DNA of 64,000 nucleotides, taken from positions 992,001 through 1,056,000 of the forward strand of contig NW_026515668.1 in assembly GCF_025526975.1 (NCBI RefSeq), in the 5' to 3' direction. Below are positions 42,076 to 54,800 of the stretch, in pieces. Source of the stretch: Fimicolochytrium jonesii (lineage: Eukaryota). The notes under the pieces were generated by a model that was not told the DNA's origin, ran no database searches, and saw only the letters and a list, made by a program, of their open reading frames with translations. The number at the start of each line of letters is the position of its first letter. The stretch's first letter is position 1. Made by a program: the position numbers and the translations under genes.

Positions 42076-43737
42076 TCAACTCGGTTGTGACAACGACGCC
42101 ATCAAAAAGGCGTAGTGACTGCCCTTCCGTGCAAGGTCCGTCATGTTCTTGACGACATCCTGTATGACCTCATCCATTCTTCTTTCCGCAGCCAGGGAGA
42201 TGGAGGGCCAGTCGGGGTTGATATCCCCATGAGAGGAGATGGAGGGCGTGACAGGCCCCAGTAGCGGAAGGTGTTGTGGGGGTGGGGGCCTCTGTGGGAG
42301 CCTGTCCGTAAGGCCGGCATGCTCCACAAGCGTGTATAAAAGCTCAGGTCTCCCTCTGAGGTACAGTTTGAGCCAATCCGACACCTCATTCTTCTTCGGG
42401 GGACGACTGTTGATTTGCTCGTATAGCTCTACAAGGCTGCTCTTGAACTCTGTCCAACTGATGAACACGTTAAGGAGAGCGACCCGCCTGCTGGCTTGCG
42501 CTGTCGCGAACATTTTCATCGAGAGCGTAAGATTCTTCTCGGCCACTGTCGGGGGGTCAGCCGTTGGGGTTGATACCCCGGTGATTGGAACCCTTAAATA
42601 ACTCTCCTGATCGGTGCCCGTATACTGGTCCAGACCCAAGATGAGCAAGTGTGCAGTGGTATCCAGCGTCATGATGGCCCCCGCTCCTCGGTAATATTCG
42701 CGCAGACCTGCGGCGATATCATCTGGTGTCTTCGGCTGTCCTGATGGACGGCGAGAGATGATGCCTGCTGTCGAGGACGTGACATCCCATGCTTTGCGGG
42801 CTGCGTTGGCAAAATAGCCGCTGGCTGGTTCGCGATCTTCTGCGATGGCCACAATAATACTCTGGGACATTGTCGCGTCTAATTCTGGCGCAACTTGCGA
42901 GACGGGCCGCACACTGGAGTATGAGATAGGGCTGACATCCCCTTGTTGCAAGTGGTGTTGATGGATTATAGACCGTGTGTTGTCTACCGGTTCAGGTGTA
43001 AGCACCTCCGTTGTCACGCTTGTGCGGGAGACAGTTCGTCCATCTGCGTCTTGTTCTTCGATGATCTCCGTTTTGCGCAGGTAGGGCCAAGGTCCGTCAC
43101 TCGAATCCGACACAGAGGCACCGGATTCGCTGCTGGCATGCCTCGAGGGGGTGAGGTCGTTGTTCGGGGCGCCAGGCGGAACGTAATCATTGGTGGCCAT
43201 ATCAGATGCGTCTTCATCGGGCTGGAAGGTCTGGCTGGGGTTGATACCCACATACTTGTAGGAGGGGATATCGTTTTCGGGAGATACATCCATCTCAGGG
43301 GTGTATCCTCGATGGAACAGGGGATCATCCATGTGTTTTTGTCCGTGGCCTTCGCCTCCGATGCCGCTATCGCATCGGAAAGAGCACTGGTCGCTCTTGC
43401 TGGGGTTGATATCCACATCATGTTCGATGTGAATATCGTTCCCGTCGCAGACCTCCATCCCGTCCATCCCATCGTTGTCATCGCTCTTGCTAGGGTTGAT
43501 ATCCTCATCATTCTCAATGTGAATATCGTTCCCGTTGCAGACGTCCATCCCGTCCAGCCCATCGTCGTCGTGAGCGAGGGCGTGTTGGATGGGCAGAGGG
43601 AGGGCGTGTTGGGTGGGCAGAGGGAGGGGGTGTTGGGTGGGCAGAGCGACGGCGTGTTGGGTGGGCAGAGCCGTTGCGTTGGCGATTTGCAGAGGCCGAA
43701 CTCGCCTTGACGCCCGGTTACGCTCTCGAATCTGCAT
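42076..43737 (-). CDS. Hypothetical 553-aa protein with internal repeats (LPTQH x4; DGMxVCxGNDIHIE x2); transposon cargo
   Basis: Long uninterrupted ORF; probable extra repeat-rich 5' exons at 43800-44350; no family recognised. Confidence 0.55.
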   Translation of the reverse strand: MQIRERNRASRRVRPLQIANATALPTQHAVALPTQHPLPLPTQHALPLPIQHALAHDDDGLDGMDVCNGNDIHIENDEDINPSKSDDNDGMDGMEVCDGNDIHIEHDVDINPSKSDQCSFRCDSGIGGEGHGQKHMDDPLFHRGYTPEMDVSPENDIPSYKYVGINPSQTFQPDEDASDMATNDYVPPGAPNNDLTPSRHASSESGASVSDSSDGPWPYLRKTEIIEEQDADGRTVSRTSVTTEVLTPEPVDNTRSIIHQHHLQQGDVSPISYSSVRPVSQVAPELDATMSQSIIVAIAEDREPASGYFANAARKAWDVTSSTAGIISRRPSGQPKTPDDIAAGLREYYRGAGAIMTLDTTAHLLILGLDQYTGTDQESYLRVPITGVSTPTADPPTVAEKNLTLSMKMFATAQASRRVALLNVFISWTEFKSSLVELYEQINSRPPKKNEVSDWLKLYLRGRPELLYTLVEHAGLTDRLPQRPPPPQHLPLLGPVTPSISSHGDINPDWPSISLAAERRMDEVIQDVVKNMTDLARKGSHYAFLMASLSQPS

Positions 43738-44367
43738 AAGTCAGAAAGAGGTTAGAAAAAACATACTCTCACGCCTCAAAGCCACACCCCTTCTGTCTCT
43801 TACCCGCCTTGGCGTATAATAGCGTTGCCTGAGGTACGGAAAGGATCCATTCCCCTGTACTCAACCACTTTGCCACGCGTCGCAGGCATTATGGTTGCTG
43901 TTACACAGGAAAGAAAGGACGTAGTTGTTACTGATAACCGGCCGTGACATATTCCCTTTTGTGAAAGGGCTCGGGACTCAGCAAGTTGATACGGGTTTGG
44001 TTCCTTGCGAGAGGGACGCTGTTGGTAGAGCCGTTGTTGGTGGGTATCGGAAAAGGGTGGTCGTTGTCCCGCTGTGATTTGCGAGAGGGACGTTGTTGGT
44101 GGAGCCGTTGTTGTTGGGTATCGGAAAAGGGTGGAAGTTGTCCAGTTGTGGTTTCAGGGGTTTGCGAGAGGGAAGCTTTTAATACAGCCGTTGTTGTTGA
44201 GTACCGGAAAAGGGTGGAAGTTGTCCAGCTGTGGTTTCTGGGCCTGGAAGGGAAGCAGATGCGATATGTGTGGAGAGAAACAGATGCGATATTCAGTCCC
44301 TTTCCCCCGCTCCCAGCTTCCTTGTGACGCCTAAAACCGGAAGAAAGGGGATGCATGCATGTGACAG

Positions 44368-44641
44368 TGTAACGTCAGAGGAAACGTAGACGATATTGGG
44401 CCCTTCTGAGGGGGCTGAGAGCAGTGTATTGTAGTGAAGAAAAAGTAAGAAGCACTTTGCAGCGGCCGCTCGACTGACAGCTTTATATATGGGCTGCCAG
44501 TGGGGCTTGCGTGGCTTCAGTGAGGCTTGGCGCCTTATGTAATGTATCAACGAGAGGTCGGGTGGCCAGCCCGGGTCTCAGATCAAGTAGAAGTAAAGAG
44601 ATATAATATGAAATACAAGTGAAGATGAGATATCCCCGACA
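44368..44641 (-). repeat. 3' LTR
   Basis: Direct repeat of 49267-49540 with about a dozen substitutions counted by eye. Confidence 0.95.
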
Positions 44642-44989
44642 CCTCCCTCAGATCCTGAGGAGGGCGCCGAATAAATAAGAGGTGAACTGCGAGGGATATG
44701 TGAAGAAAGGGAGAGCTCATATTCATTTTAAAGTGTTGACGCACTCGTTCATTTAATAGTGTTGACGCACTGTGTGATGTGTGTGTTTGAGGCAAAGGCG
44801 TCCCTAAGCCAACGTCGTGTGTGATGTGTGTGTGTGTAAGGTCGGTTCTTGCGTCGCCGCGCGTGATGTGATGTAGTTTACATTGCTATTGTCAGCGGTG
44901 TGATTGATAGTGAGCGGTTCTTGCGGCGTCGCGCGTGTGATGTGATATGAGATGCTCTATGCTGTTTGTCTCCGTATCCACAAAGATTG

Positions 44990-47800
44990 TGGGTGAGCTT
45001 TTCGCCATCGTTTGTAGGCAGGCGTGTAGCGGAGTGCGGATTCGAGTTCCCAAGTAGGGTCAGGATAGCCAAGCCATTTGACTAGAAGATTTCGTACGGC
45101 GCGTCGCTCGTCGATGATATCTTCTACAACCCATTCAGGTTGTCCGCGTTCTTCGATTGGTGGAGGAGATTGTGGAACTGCACGTGGCGGATATTGCTCT
45201 TCGCGATGTGGTCGTAAAATATCGACGTGAAAGACGGGCCAGATGTCACTGATCTTTGATGGTGATAAATCGAGTTCGTAGGTATCAGGCAGGATGTGCT
45301 CCCAATGCGATGATTTTGAATGGTCCGATCCACGTAGCTGAGTATCGAAGTCCTCTCCAAGCGTCCACTTCTACGTTGATTCCTTGTCGATTTAGATCGA
45401 CGAGGTCGCCAATTTTGTATGCGATTGGCGGCGTTTGACCTTTGTCGTGTTGACGTGCAAATTGATCTTGCGATCTCTGAAGGTTTTCGCGTACGATACG
45501 GGCAATTTCTTCCTGCCCTTTCTTGAAGAGTTCGATTTCGTTTCGATCTACAGCTCGAAGTTTGAGTTCTTGTCCTTCGAGTGTTGGATTCCAACTTGAG
45601 AGGATTGGAGAGCGTCCGAGATCTACTTCGAATGTCGATAAACCTTCATATTCCTCCCTTGGAGCGGTGTTGTATGCGAAATCATACTCTTGTAGCTTCT
45701 CCACCCAATTGGCTTGTCTTCTGCTCAAATGAGGTTGTGTTTGGATGAATTCAAGTCCCTTGTGATCGCTAAAACATTGGAAGTAACGACCGATGAGATA
45801 TGGTCGGTTGGCGACCAACATCTTGACAAGAGCTAAGAGCTCCTGTTCAAGCGTAGGATATCGAGTTTCTGCGTCCTTCTTCTTTCTAGAAAAGAAGACC
45901 ACAGGCCGGAGCCGAGGTAACTTCTTCCATTCTCCGACGAGAGTAGGCAGATTCGTAGGGATTGCTTCATCGCCAGAAGGTTGTCCAATCCAGCCAGCGA
46001 TAGCGTAGCCTGATGAGTCGGTATAGACGTAAATCAGCTTGGTTTCATCGATTGTTGCTAGCGTAGATGCATTGATCAACGCTTCTTTCAAATTTTGAAA
46101 TGCCTCTTGTTGCCCAGGACCCCATCGAAATTTGACTTTCGAAGATTGAATACTTGATAGGGGCAGAGCAATGTCCGAATAACCTTGTACGAAGTTGAGG
46201 AAGTAATTCGTGAACCCGAGAAAGCTTTGGACTCCTTTTGTTGACTTTGGAGTAGCCCAATCATTGATAGCTTAGATTTTCGAGGGCGCGATGCGAACAC
46301 CATGTCTTCCGACAATATGTCCACACCATTCAAGTTCTTCTTTAGCCCATACGCACTTTGAAGGCTTGATGAAAAGGGCGTGTTCTTCAAGTTTCTTCAG
46401 GATACGATCGACGTGTTCCCGATGTTCGGCTAAGGTCTTCCAGAAAATGAAAATGTTGTCCAGGTAGGTAGCGAGGAATTCGTTGTAATCTTTATGGAAG
46501 ATCTTATTCATAAGACATTGAAATGAGGCAGGTGCGTTGGTAAGCCCGAATGGCATAACCAAATACTCGAAATGTCCGAAGCGAGTTCGTGTTGCCGTTT
46601 TTTCTCGATGTTGTTTTCGGATAAGAAGACGATGGTATGCTTCTCGAATATCGAAAAGCGTAAACCATTTACAACCTTGAATCCGATCCCTCATTTCACG
46701 AATATTGGGTAAAGGAGTGCGATCTTTCTTGGTGACGGCGTTGAGACCTTGGTAGTCCCAACAGATGCGTAATCCGCCATCTTTCTTTTTCGCAAAGACA
46801 ACACTAGCTCCCCAGGGACTTGAAAAGTGTTGTATCCATCCTTTTTCGAGCATCGAGGTGATTTGTTTCTTGAGTTCAGCGAGTTCTTCTTTGTTCATGT
46901 GCCGAAGAGGTTGCCAAACAGGTTCAGCACCTTCAGTGAGTTCGATCTTGAAATTATCTTCTCCTCGATCAGGGGGTAGACCTTCTGGTTCCTTGAAGAG
47001 CGTATTGACGTATTTATTTAGGATATCCTTGAGATGTCCTGGATTTCCTTTAAGCTCTTGAGGAGCGTCTGGTATTTTGTTAAGAGGGAGGCGACAGACC
47101 GTGTCTTTTTCAAACTTGTTCCGTGGCCAAGCCTTATTAAATCGCTTGGAAGTCATTTCTATGACTTGAGGATTACGAAGGGCATCGGCTTGAGCGAATC
47201 GAGAGACGTAATGAGGTGCGGCTTGTAAAGGACGTGTATCCACAGGTTTGATGATTCGAACAGGTCAAACGGGTCTTTTGTCATAGACCGGATCTCGTTG
47301 CACATCGGAGTAAGGATTGTTGTGTTTCGGGATGTATTTGACGTCTTCCCAGTTTCTTGAAGTTCTTCCGCACTTGATGGTGACAGACTGCGGTGCGTTT
47401 GGCCTAGGGCCATAATCGGTCCAGCGAAGAATAGGTAAGGTACTCATCGAGAATTGTTCAGCGTAATTAAAGAAACGCCAGAAAGGCATTCCAATAATAG
47501 CGTCGTAAGCCAGATTACTGACTAGCCAGGGAAGTTGTCCAACTAAGAAAAGCGACTGAGATTCGAGATCCCATAGATCTAACTTTTCCGACACGACCGT
47601 GTCGAGAATCATGTATGATTCTTTGTCGGCCAGCCATATCTACTTCGGTTCGATACGTTTCTTGGGAAACTTGTGCTTTTCGACAAATGTCTTGTCAAGG
47701 AATAACCCAGTTGCGCCGCTATCGAAAAGAACACGAGCAAACTTGTTTCCAATGCGACAATGAGAGACCCAGAGTCCAGCAGACAGTGGTCCAAAGGCAG
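44990..47800 (-). pseudogene. pol remnants: aspartic protease, RT, RNase H, truncated integrase, chromodomain
   Basis: RT SSPWGASVVFAKKKDGGLRICWDYQGLN...YLVMPFGLTNAPASFQ...YLDNI; RNase H YTDSSGYAIAG...EQELLALV...SDHKGL; chromodomain EWVVEDIIDERR..LVKWLGYPDPTWE. Several frameshifts. Confidence 0.9.
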
Positions 47801-48059
47801 GTTGATCGGTAGGATTGTATGTTGTAGGCCAAGCAGAGCTACCGAGGGGCTCTATCGACCTTGGAAAAAACTCGAAGATTGATTTGTAGTAGTATTCGTG
47901 GTATTTGCAGAGTTGACGGCGTCATTGAGAATTTCCGTAATGCGTGACCCAGCATCAACCTGATTGGCTGAACCTTGATTAGGTTGGCAACTGCGCTGCA
48001 GAGTTTGAGCGCCACAACCGCGCTCTTGAAAACCGCCGCGTCGGTTCTGGGTTTGCGAG

Positions 48060-49173
48060 CCTTGCTGTCAATTTTCGGGATTTGACCGGCATCCAACTCT
48101 CCAATGTCCCATTTTATTACAAAGGGGACAAGGAGTTGTTGGACGTTGACGAGGAACATGAGTAGTTTGCCATTGTCCACGTTGACAAAAGGGCTGTTGA
48201 CGTTGGTAGGGACCTTGATCTGTAGTGAGACGACTCACTCCAGGGGGATAGTATGACGTACTGAGGGCATTGAGCCCAAAGGTCATATCATCTAAGTCTT
48301 GCTTGAATTCCGTAATTCAAGGATTGGTGTAAGGGGCAAATCGTCCGCCACGACAACCGCCACGACTACCTTGACCGCGGCTGGCTCCACGGCCGCCACA
48401 AGCACTCGATGCCGAGGCAATCGAACAAGGGGTATTGGCTTGGTTGCCGTCAGTGACCCCATGAGCTACATGAGCACGACGGGCTGCAGTGATAGCTTGA
48501 TCGAGAGTGATAGGGGTGTTGATGTTGGTAGTCTGCGAGACTTCGAAGTTCGTAACGGCTTCAACGAGATAATGACCGATTACTGTATTCTTGAGAGGAC
48601 CGGCCTTGAAGTATCGAATCTGATCGATAAGGGGAATGGTGCCTTGGGTGTTATCGAGACGGTGAGCAGCTTCGAGCTCATTATTGGTGTCTTGAAACTC
48701 TTCTCAAGAGAGTCGTCGAGCTTGAGGCCGGAGAGCTTGAGCTCAATAGTATTACGCAAGTTGCGAGGATAAAAGTGAGCGACAAGAGCCTTTTTAAAAG
48801 CTGACCAACTTGCGGGAGCGCCGGAGGCGTAAGTCGTATTGTACCACTCGAGGGCAGTACCCTTGAGGTAGGTAGTGAGCGTAGGGGCGTACTCTGCCAT
48901 AGTAAAGGGTATGGCATTGGCAGCTCCAGTACCGTCTGTTCCAGCTGCTACAGCCGGGACAGTGAGAGACTCGAGAAAGTTGTGGTGAGACGTAACGAAC
49001 TCTTCGATCTTTTTGGCAGCTTTGGCGCCATCGTATTCGACGAGCTTGTTCTTGCAAGCGTCCATAAGAAGTCTGAAACGTTTGGCTCGTTGGGTTTCTT
49101 GAGTAACAGCACGCTCCTGGTTAGCGAAAGCAGCTGCAACAGCCGCAATGATAGCTTGAGTCTGTCTGTCCAT
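48060..49173 (-). pseudogene. gag remnants with CCHC zinc knuckle
   Basis: YLKGTALEWY...SWSAFKKALVAHF (retrotransposon gag); CPLCNKMGHWRVGC knuckle at about 48085-48130. Confidence 0.85.
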
Positions 49174-49266
49174 TCTTGCTTGTGAACGTGTGTAAGGGCG
49201 ACGTGCGGTAGAGGGGCGACGTTGACGGTGAATGTCTTGGTGAGGCGGCGGTAGGTGGTGCTACCA

Positions 49267-49540
49267 TGTAACGTCAGAGGAAATGTAGACGATATTGGGC
49301 CCTTCTGAGAGGGCTGAGAGCAGTGTATTGTAGTGAAGTAAAAGTAAGAAGCTCTTCGCAGCGGCCGCTCGACTGACAGCTTTATATATGGGCTGCCAGT
49401 GGGGCTTGCGTGGCTTCAGTGAGGCTTGGCGCCTTATGTAATGTATCACCGAGAGCTCGGGTGGCCAGCCCGGGTCTCGGATCACGTAGAAGTAAAGAGA
49501 TATGTAATGAAATACAAGTGAAGATGAGATATCCCCGACA
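49267..49540 (-). repeat. 5' LTR
   Basis: Direct repeat of 44368-44641. Confidence 0.95.
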
Positions 49541-49585
49541 TGACAGTCCCCCACTCCGACGAAAACGCGCTGTCGAAATTGGTAC

Positions 49586-49619
49586 TTACGTAAGATTTCT
49601 AGGGAGAAACCTTACGTAA
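49586..49619. promoter_or_regulatory. 34-bp palindromic site 2 (internal)
   Basis: ttacgtaagatttct-aggg-agaaaccttacgtaa. Confidence 0.8.
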
Positions 49620-51403
49620 TGACACCCTTCTCACCTCCCAAGCTTGCATTACCCCTCATGCAGAAACACACGCTTTTCCCCCCTGACAATCTTTATCCCA
49701 CTTTCACACCACAAAATACGTACCAAGGTGAAGAGGATTTACCAGAACCTTGGCAATCACGCCAGTCGCGGCTCCCGCTGGACCATGCTCACCACACACT
49801 TTGTCCCCTGCTTTTTGATCCCCCTGACACAATTCTTCAGAGCTCAGTGGAATAGGTCGCCGTTGCCGACCTACCACCCAACTGCACCATACTGGATGAG
49901 CGGCCACGTGGATGGGCAAGTGCCTCTTCGCCGACTGCTTCTGTGCAACCATTCAGCACAGACTGGAGTATACGCACAAGGTCAAGAAGGGGAACAGCCG
50001 ATACCTTAGCGGATGGGCATTGATGTAAATCTTTCCTACCCACCACTGTATACGTTGATCAGAACAACAAGCAAGATGACCGGGGCGACATGGGTTCGCA
50101 ACAAACAACTCGGCGTGTAACGGAAATGATAGGATGGGAAATGCAACTGCAAGCGAGTTTACGCAAGTCGTACACATAGCCTATTGTAGTTGCTCTGTAA
50201 GAACGTAAAGCAAACCCAACCACCAGCGAATAAGGGCGTATCTCAAACCTGTAGGATGCTGGCGCGCGAACTGTACCGTTGCCGTGCAGGCCCTGAATCA
50301 CTTCTGTATGTACATACCTTCAAATATCATGTGAGCATTTCTCACCAACCCAACCTGACGGGCGAAGAACCCTCCATCCTGGTGTCAGAAATGTGTTGTG
50401 AACTCAAACGCGTTTCCATCAACCCTTGATATCCTAGTTCAGCTTACCCCAACCCTAACACTAGCCTGGCCATTGAAACACATGTACGCCACATGTTCTA
50501 GCTCCCAGTCTCCAGCTCAACGGCAATCGCGTTTGGCCCTAAAAACGTTGTCTTTAGACCCCGGGGGATCGATTCTCCGGATTCCCTGCCCATTTTTTTT
50601 CCTACCCCTACACAAAACCCCGTTTGACGCAGCTACGCTATATAGGTTTGTGGATAAACTCATGGACAACGAGATCCGTAGTATCGATCATCGATAAGGG
50701 GCCTCACTGTGAACCCTCACTGTGAACCTGCCAGTTGGAGACGCATTATGTACATTTAAAGCGGTATCATGTACGCCCTTCCAACTCCAAGTTGATGCAG
50801 GGCGATGACAGTCGGAAGCACAGCCACATACAATACCAGCTCCAATGCGAATAGAAAGCATGGCCACTTATATACCTCCGCACGTCGGCCGTAATGAGCT
50901 GAGAGGGTACATCAGTGGGTACTTTACAAGTGTCCTCTACAAGCTATGAGACGGGTATGACATAGCACGTATAACTCCACAAGCTATTACGTACGGATGA
51001 AAGAGTGAAAGCGGGTGAAACGGGTGAAAGCTCTGTATATGTAGGATCCATGTGAGAGCTATTACGATGCATGTGAAAGCTATTACGATGCATGTGAAAC
51101 AGTGCTCCACACTGAGTCCACAGGCATTATGCATACGTGCAATTCATGCATGCCATTATGCCATTACATTGTAAGCCGTAATTGGATGTGAGTCACTCTA
51201 AGGCAGGCTCTCCACACTTCCTGCCACACTTCCTTTGAAACCTGCCTTGAAACCGCGTCTATAAGCCCGTACACTCCCTATATAAGCCCGTACACTCCCA
51301 TCCTTCCCCTACCATTCGCCCACACCCCCTTTCTTCCCCAAGCATTCGCCGACCAAGGTACAACTATTCCACAGCCATACGCCGTCTGTATGTATCGTAC
51401 GCT

Positions 51404-51825
51404 GTAGGTAAGTGAAGCTGCCACCATGCGTGAATATCGGGTGGAAAGGATTGTGCGTGCTGTCCAATCTCGGTTAGATCCTGAGAGCTGTCACTCACCG
51501 ATCTCGGGACTCGACCCAGTTGAGATTCCTAAACCTTCGCCGATCAAAATACACACCCCAAGCCGTAGGTAAGTGAAGCTGCCACCATGCGTGAATATCG
51601 GGTGGAAAGGATTGTGCGGGCTGTCCAATCTCGGTTAGATCCTGAGAGCTGTCACTCACCGATCTCGGGACTCGACCCAGTACAGATTCCTAAACCTTCG
51701 CCGATCAAAATACACACCCCAAGCCGTAGGTAAGTGAAGCCGCCACCATGCGTGAATATCGGGTGGAAAGGATTGTGCGGGCTGTCCAATCTCCGTTAGA
51801 TCCTGAGAGCTGTCACTCACCGATC
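51404..51825 (+). repeat. Tandem repeat, 161-bp unit x about 2.6, in the 5' leader of the UPF1-like gene
   Basis: Units start gtaggtaagtgaagc at 51404, 51565 and 51726 and are near-identical. Confidence 0.95.
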
Positions 51826-51847
51826 CCTTTTTGTTCTCAGCCCCGCC

Positions 51848-54800
51848 ATGGACAGCGCCGACATGGACGTTGTCGAGTACGTTGACCATTTCGATCACGA
51901 CGACAACCTCAGCGACAACGTCAACGACAACCTCAGCGACAACCTCAGCGACAACCTCAGCGACAACCCGTCGGATGCTGAAACACTCGAAGCGTCAGAC
52001 CTACCCATCTCTGGATCAGCCGCATCAACGGCAACAAATCGTCCGGCCCTGCTGCCCCCAGCCATTCTCGAACCCTTGATAACGCAAGTCCAAGGTCGCC
52101 CGTGTTGCGTTGTTTGCCACAGCGAGCTGGCCGACGTCTCCGATCTCTTCCGATGCCGCCTGTGCGATGTTTATCTTTGCAACTGCCACACTCCCTCGAA
52201 GCAGGACACCATGCGTCTCCGGGTGATGCACGTTGTTGCACACATGCGGATAACAGGCCACATGGATCTCGATTGGATCTCCCTTACCCAAACGGCCGTA
52301 TCAACGGCAACTCGCATCCAATGTCAAGACCACCCGCACGTTACCAACCCCTACACTCTCTTCTTTGATACCCACACCCGAACCATGAAGTGCGACAGCC
52401 ATGCAGGAGACTCGGCATGCATCCTTTCGGAGTCCAACGGCGTACAGTGGCTCGGGGGACCCATGGGATGCCAGCCCATTGCTAAGGAACCCCGTAGCAA
52501 GGCCGCGGTTGAGGAGCTCCTCCACAACTACCTACTGCTCTCAAGGAACCCGACGACGTTGAAAGAACCCCAATGGGTACAGGCTCTGCAAGTTGCAACT
52601 GAGGAAGCCGCAGCGGATCTCTTGTTCCACACCCGAGTGGTCGCGTATGGCAACTGGGACGCATTCAGGTTGTACCAGCTCAGTCAGCTCCAACGGGAGC
52701 GGATGGCTTGGCGCCGGGAAGTGAGCATCCTCAATGTATGCATAGCTTGGAAGCGAGACAGCGAAAACGTGGAGTGGACTGTTGGAACTCTCACGTTTCC
52801 CGCCTCCGCCTACAGCGGTTCCTTGACCGCCCTCCGCGAGATCGACCCAGAGGTGCGGATCGTCCGCGCCAACAGCTCGCTGAACGCCTCGGGGACCCTT
52901 TGCTTCCCAGGGGAAGTCGAAGAACGCAATCGCTTCCCACCCCCCGCCATCCCAAACGCCAATCAAGACACCTCCCTCCCAAACGCCGATCAAGGCACCC
53001 TCCAACCCTTCACGACAGCATACGTCAGGGTTGCCAAGCAGATCATCGACGATATGTTTGTCGGCGCCTCTCTCTACCATGTCCTTGTCCCGGAGGTGCA
53101 CGTGGACCTCCTGAAGGTGATGAGCGCCTTGAAAAACCCCGACAATGTCCCCGAGGTCGTCCAGAAGATTCTTGTGGCCCCACCCCAAAAACACCAATGG
53201 TTACTCTCCCCAGACCTTGCGATCAAGCAATGGATCAGAGGGAGTTGGCCCCGCTTGACCGACGAACAGGTCACCGCCGTCGCTCTGGCCGTCGACCCCG
53301 TTGATAGAGGATCACCTGCATTCGGCATCATGGGGTGGCCTGGTGTCGGGAAGACAGAGCTCATCGGCTGCATCATCGATCGACACGACCATCAACTGCC
53401 CACATCTCCACGACACGGTCGATAACCAAAGCACAGATGCCAATCAATTCGATAACCAAAGCACAGATGCCGATCAGTGCCCTGATCTCCACGACACGGT
53501 CGATAACCAAAGCCCTCAAGACGGAGAGAATGGAGGTCACATTCTCGTCACCAGCAATAGCAACGCTGGAGTGATGGTCGTGCTATCCAAGATCATCGGT
53601 TCCATCGGGTCCGAAGCTGTCGACCTCAAATCCGACATCTTCTGGGTCCAGAAATCCATCTTCGATCGATCTTCCATTCGCGACGAGGCCCTTCTTGCTC
53701 TGAACAAGGGCCAAGCCTATCAAGATATCCTCCAGCAGCTCATTGATAATGGCGAGCCCTTCCCGGTTCTGCCGTTCTGGGGCGCAAGCATCAACTCCGG
53801 CAGCTCAATCTCCCAGGGGTATCAACCCCACCCTTGCTCGGTGACACCCCGGGAATGTCTCGAGCTTCTTGAAGCACACCGCCAGCGGCCGCTCGTTGGC
53901 CTCAACATCGGCAAGTTCAGATGGGGCCTCAGCCGGATCAAGGCTACCCTTTTTTTGAAGAAGAATATCTTCGTCGCCACTGTGGGCATGTGGAAAGTAA
54001 CTCTTCCTTTCGTGAGGAAAATTGGGGTCAAGATCGGAACTATCATCGCGGATGAAGCCTCCGCCATGTACGAAGCGTCCATCGCCGCCATGGCCACCCC
54101 CAACCCCACAAACATCGTGCTCCTTGGCGATCCCAACCAGCTCAGACCACACGTGGAGACTCGGGGCGGCGTTGCGAACGCCATTGCTGGCTCCCTCATT
54201 GAGCGAATGGCGTACACCAACAACCATCCCCACAAGTGGCTCCGCACCCAATTCCAGCTTTCGCCGAAGCTGTTAACCCTGCAGAACGTCCTTTTCCTCG
54301 GCAACCACACCAGTCAACATCCCGCGGAGGAGCTGAAGACCCGATGGCAAACCACCCCTACGGGCGTATCAACGGCGACCTCGTCGACCCAAACCACCCC
54401 TAGGAGCGTGTCATCGCTGACCGAGGAGCAATTGGCTTTCATCCACGTTGCAGGCAACAAACAACCGCATCCCACGATTTCGTCGTCGTACCGCATCCCA
54501 CAATTTCGAGGAGAATGAGACGACGATAGAAGATGGCGAAGCTGACGATCTTCTCGCTTTCCGTTCATCGGAACCCTTGGGTGTGGCTAGCCCATACAAG
54601 AAGCTGAAGCTGTCAACGTGCGACATGTTTCAAGGCTCCGAGTATGATATTGTCATCCTCTCCTTGGTGCGGGCCGCAAATGGGTGTGACATCGGCTTCC
54701 TTTGTGAGGCCCAGCGGGTCAACGTGGCTTTTTCTTGCGCCAGGCTCGGCCTCTATGTCTTCGGGGATCTGCGGGTGGTCGGTCGCGCATCTTGCATGTG

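Larger units (their letters stand above)
44368..49540 (-). mobile_element. Ty3/Gypsy chromovirus LTR retrotransposon, degenerate, nested in the DNA transposon
   Basis: 274-bp TG...CA LTRs; TGACAG on both flanks; TGGTAG PBS-like site after the 5' LTR and purine tract before the 3' LTR; order gag-PR-RT-RH-(INT)-chromodomain. Confidence 0.95.

Noticed and set aside
49620..51250. Additional cargo gene between the LTR and the UPF1-like gene
   Set aside because: Only short ORFs and small local duplications; no coherent gene model could be built.
51404..51970. 161-bp and 12-bp (gacaacctcagc) repeats as a CRISPR array, given the Cas4-like nuclease in the window
   Set aside because: The repeats are contiguous with no unique spacers, the 12-mer is coding (DNLS), and the context is eukaryotic.
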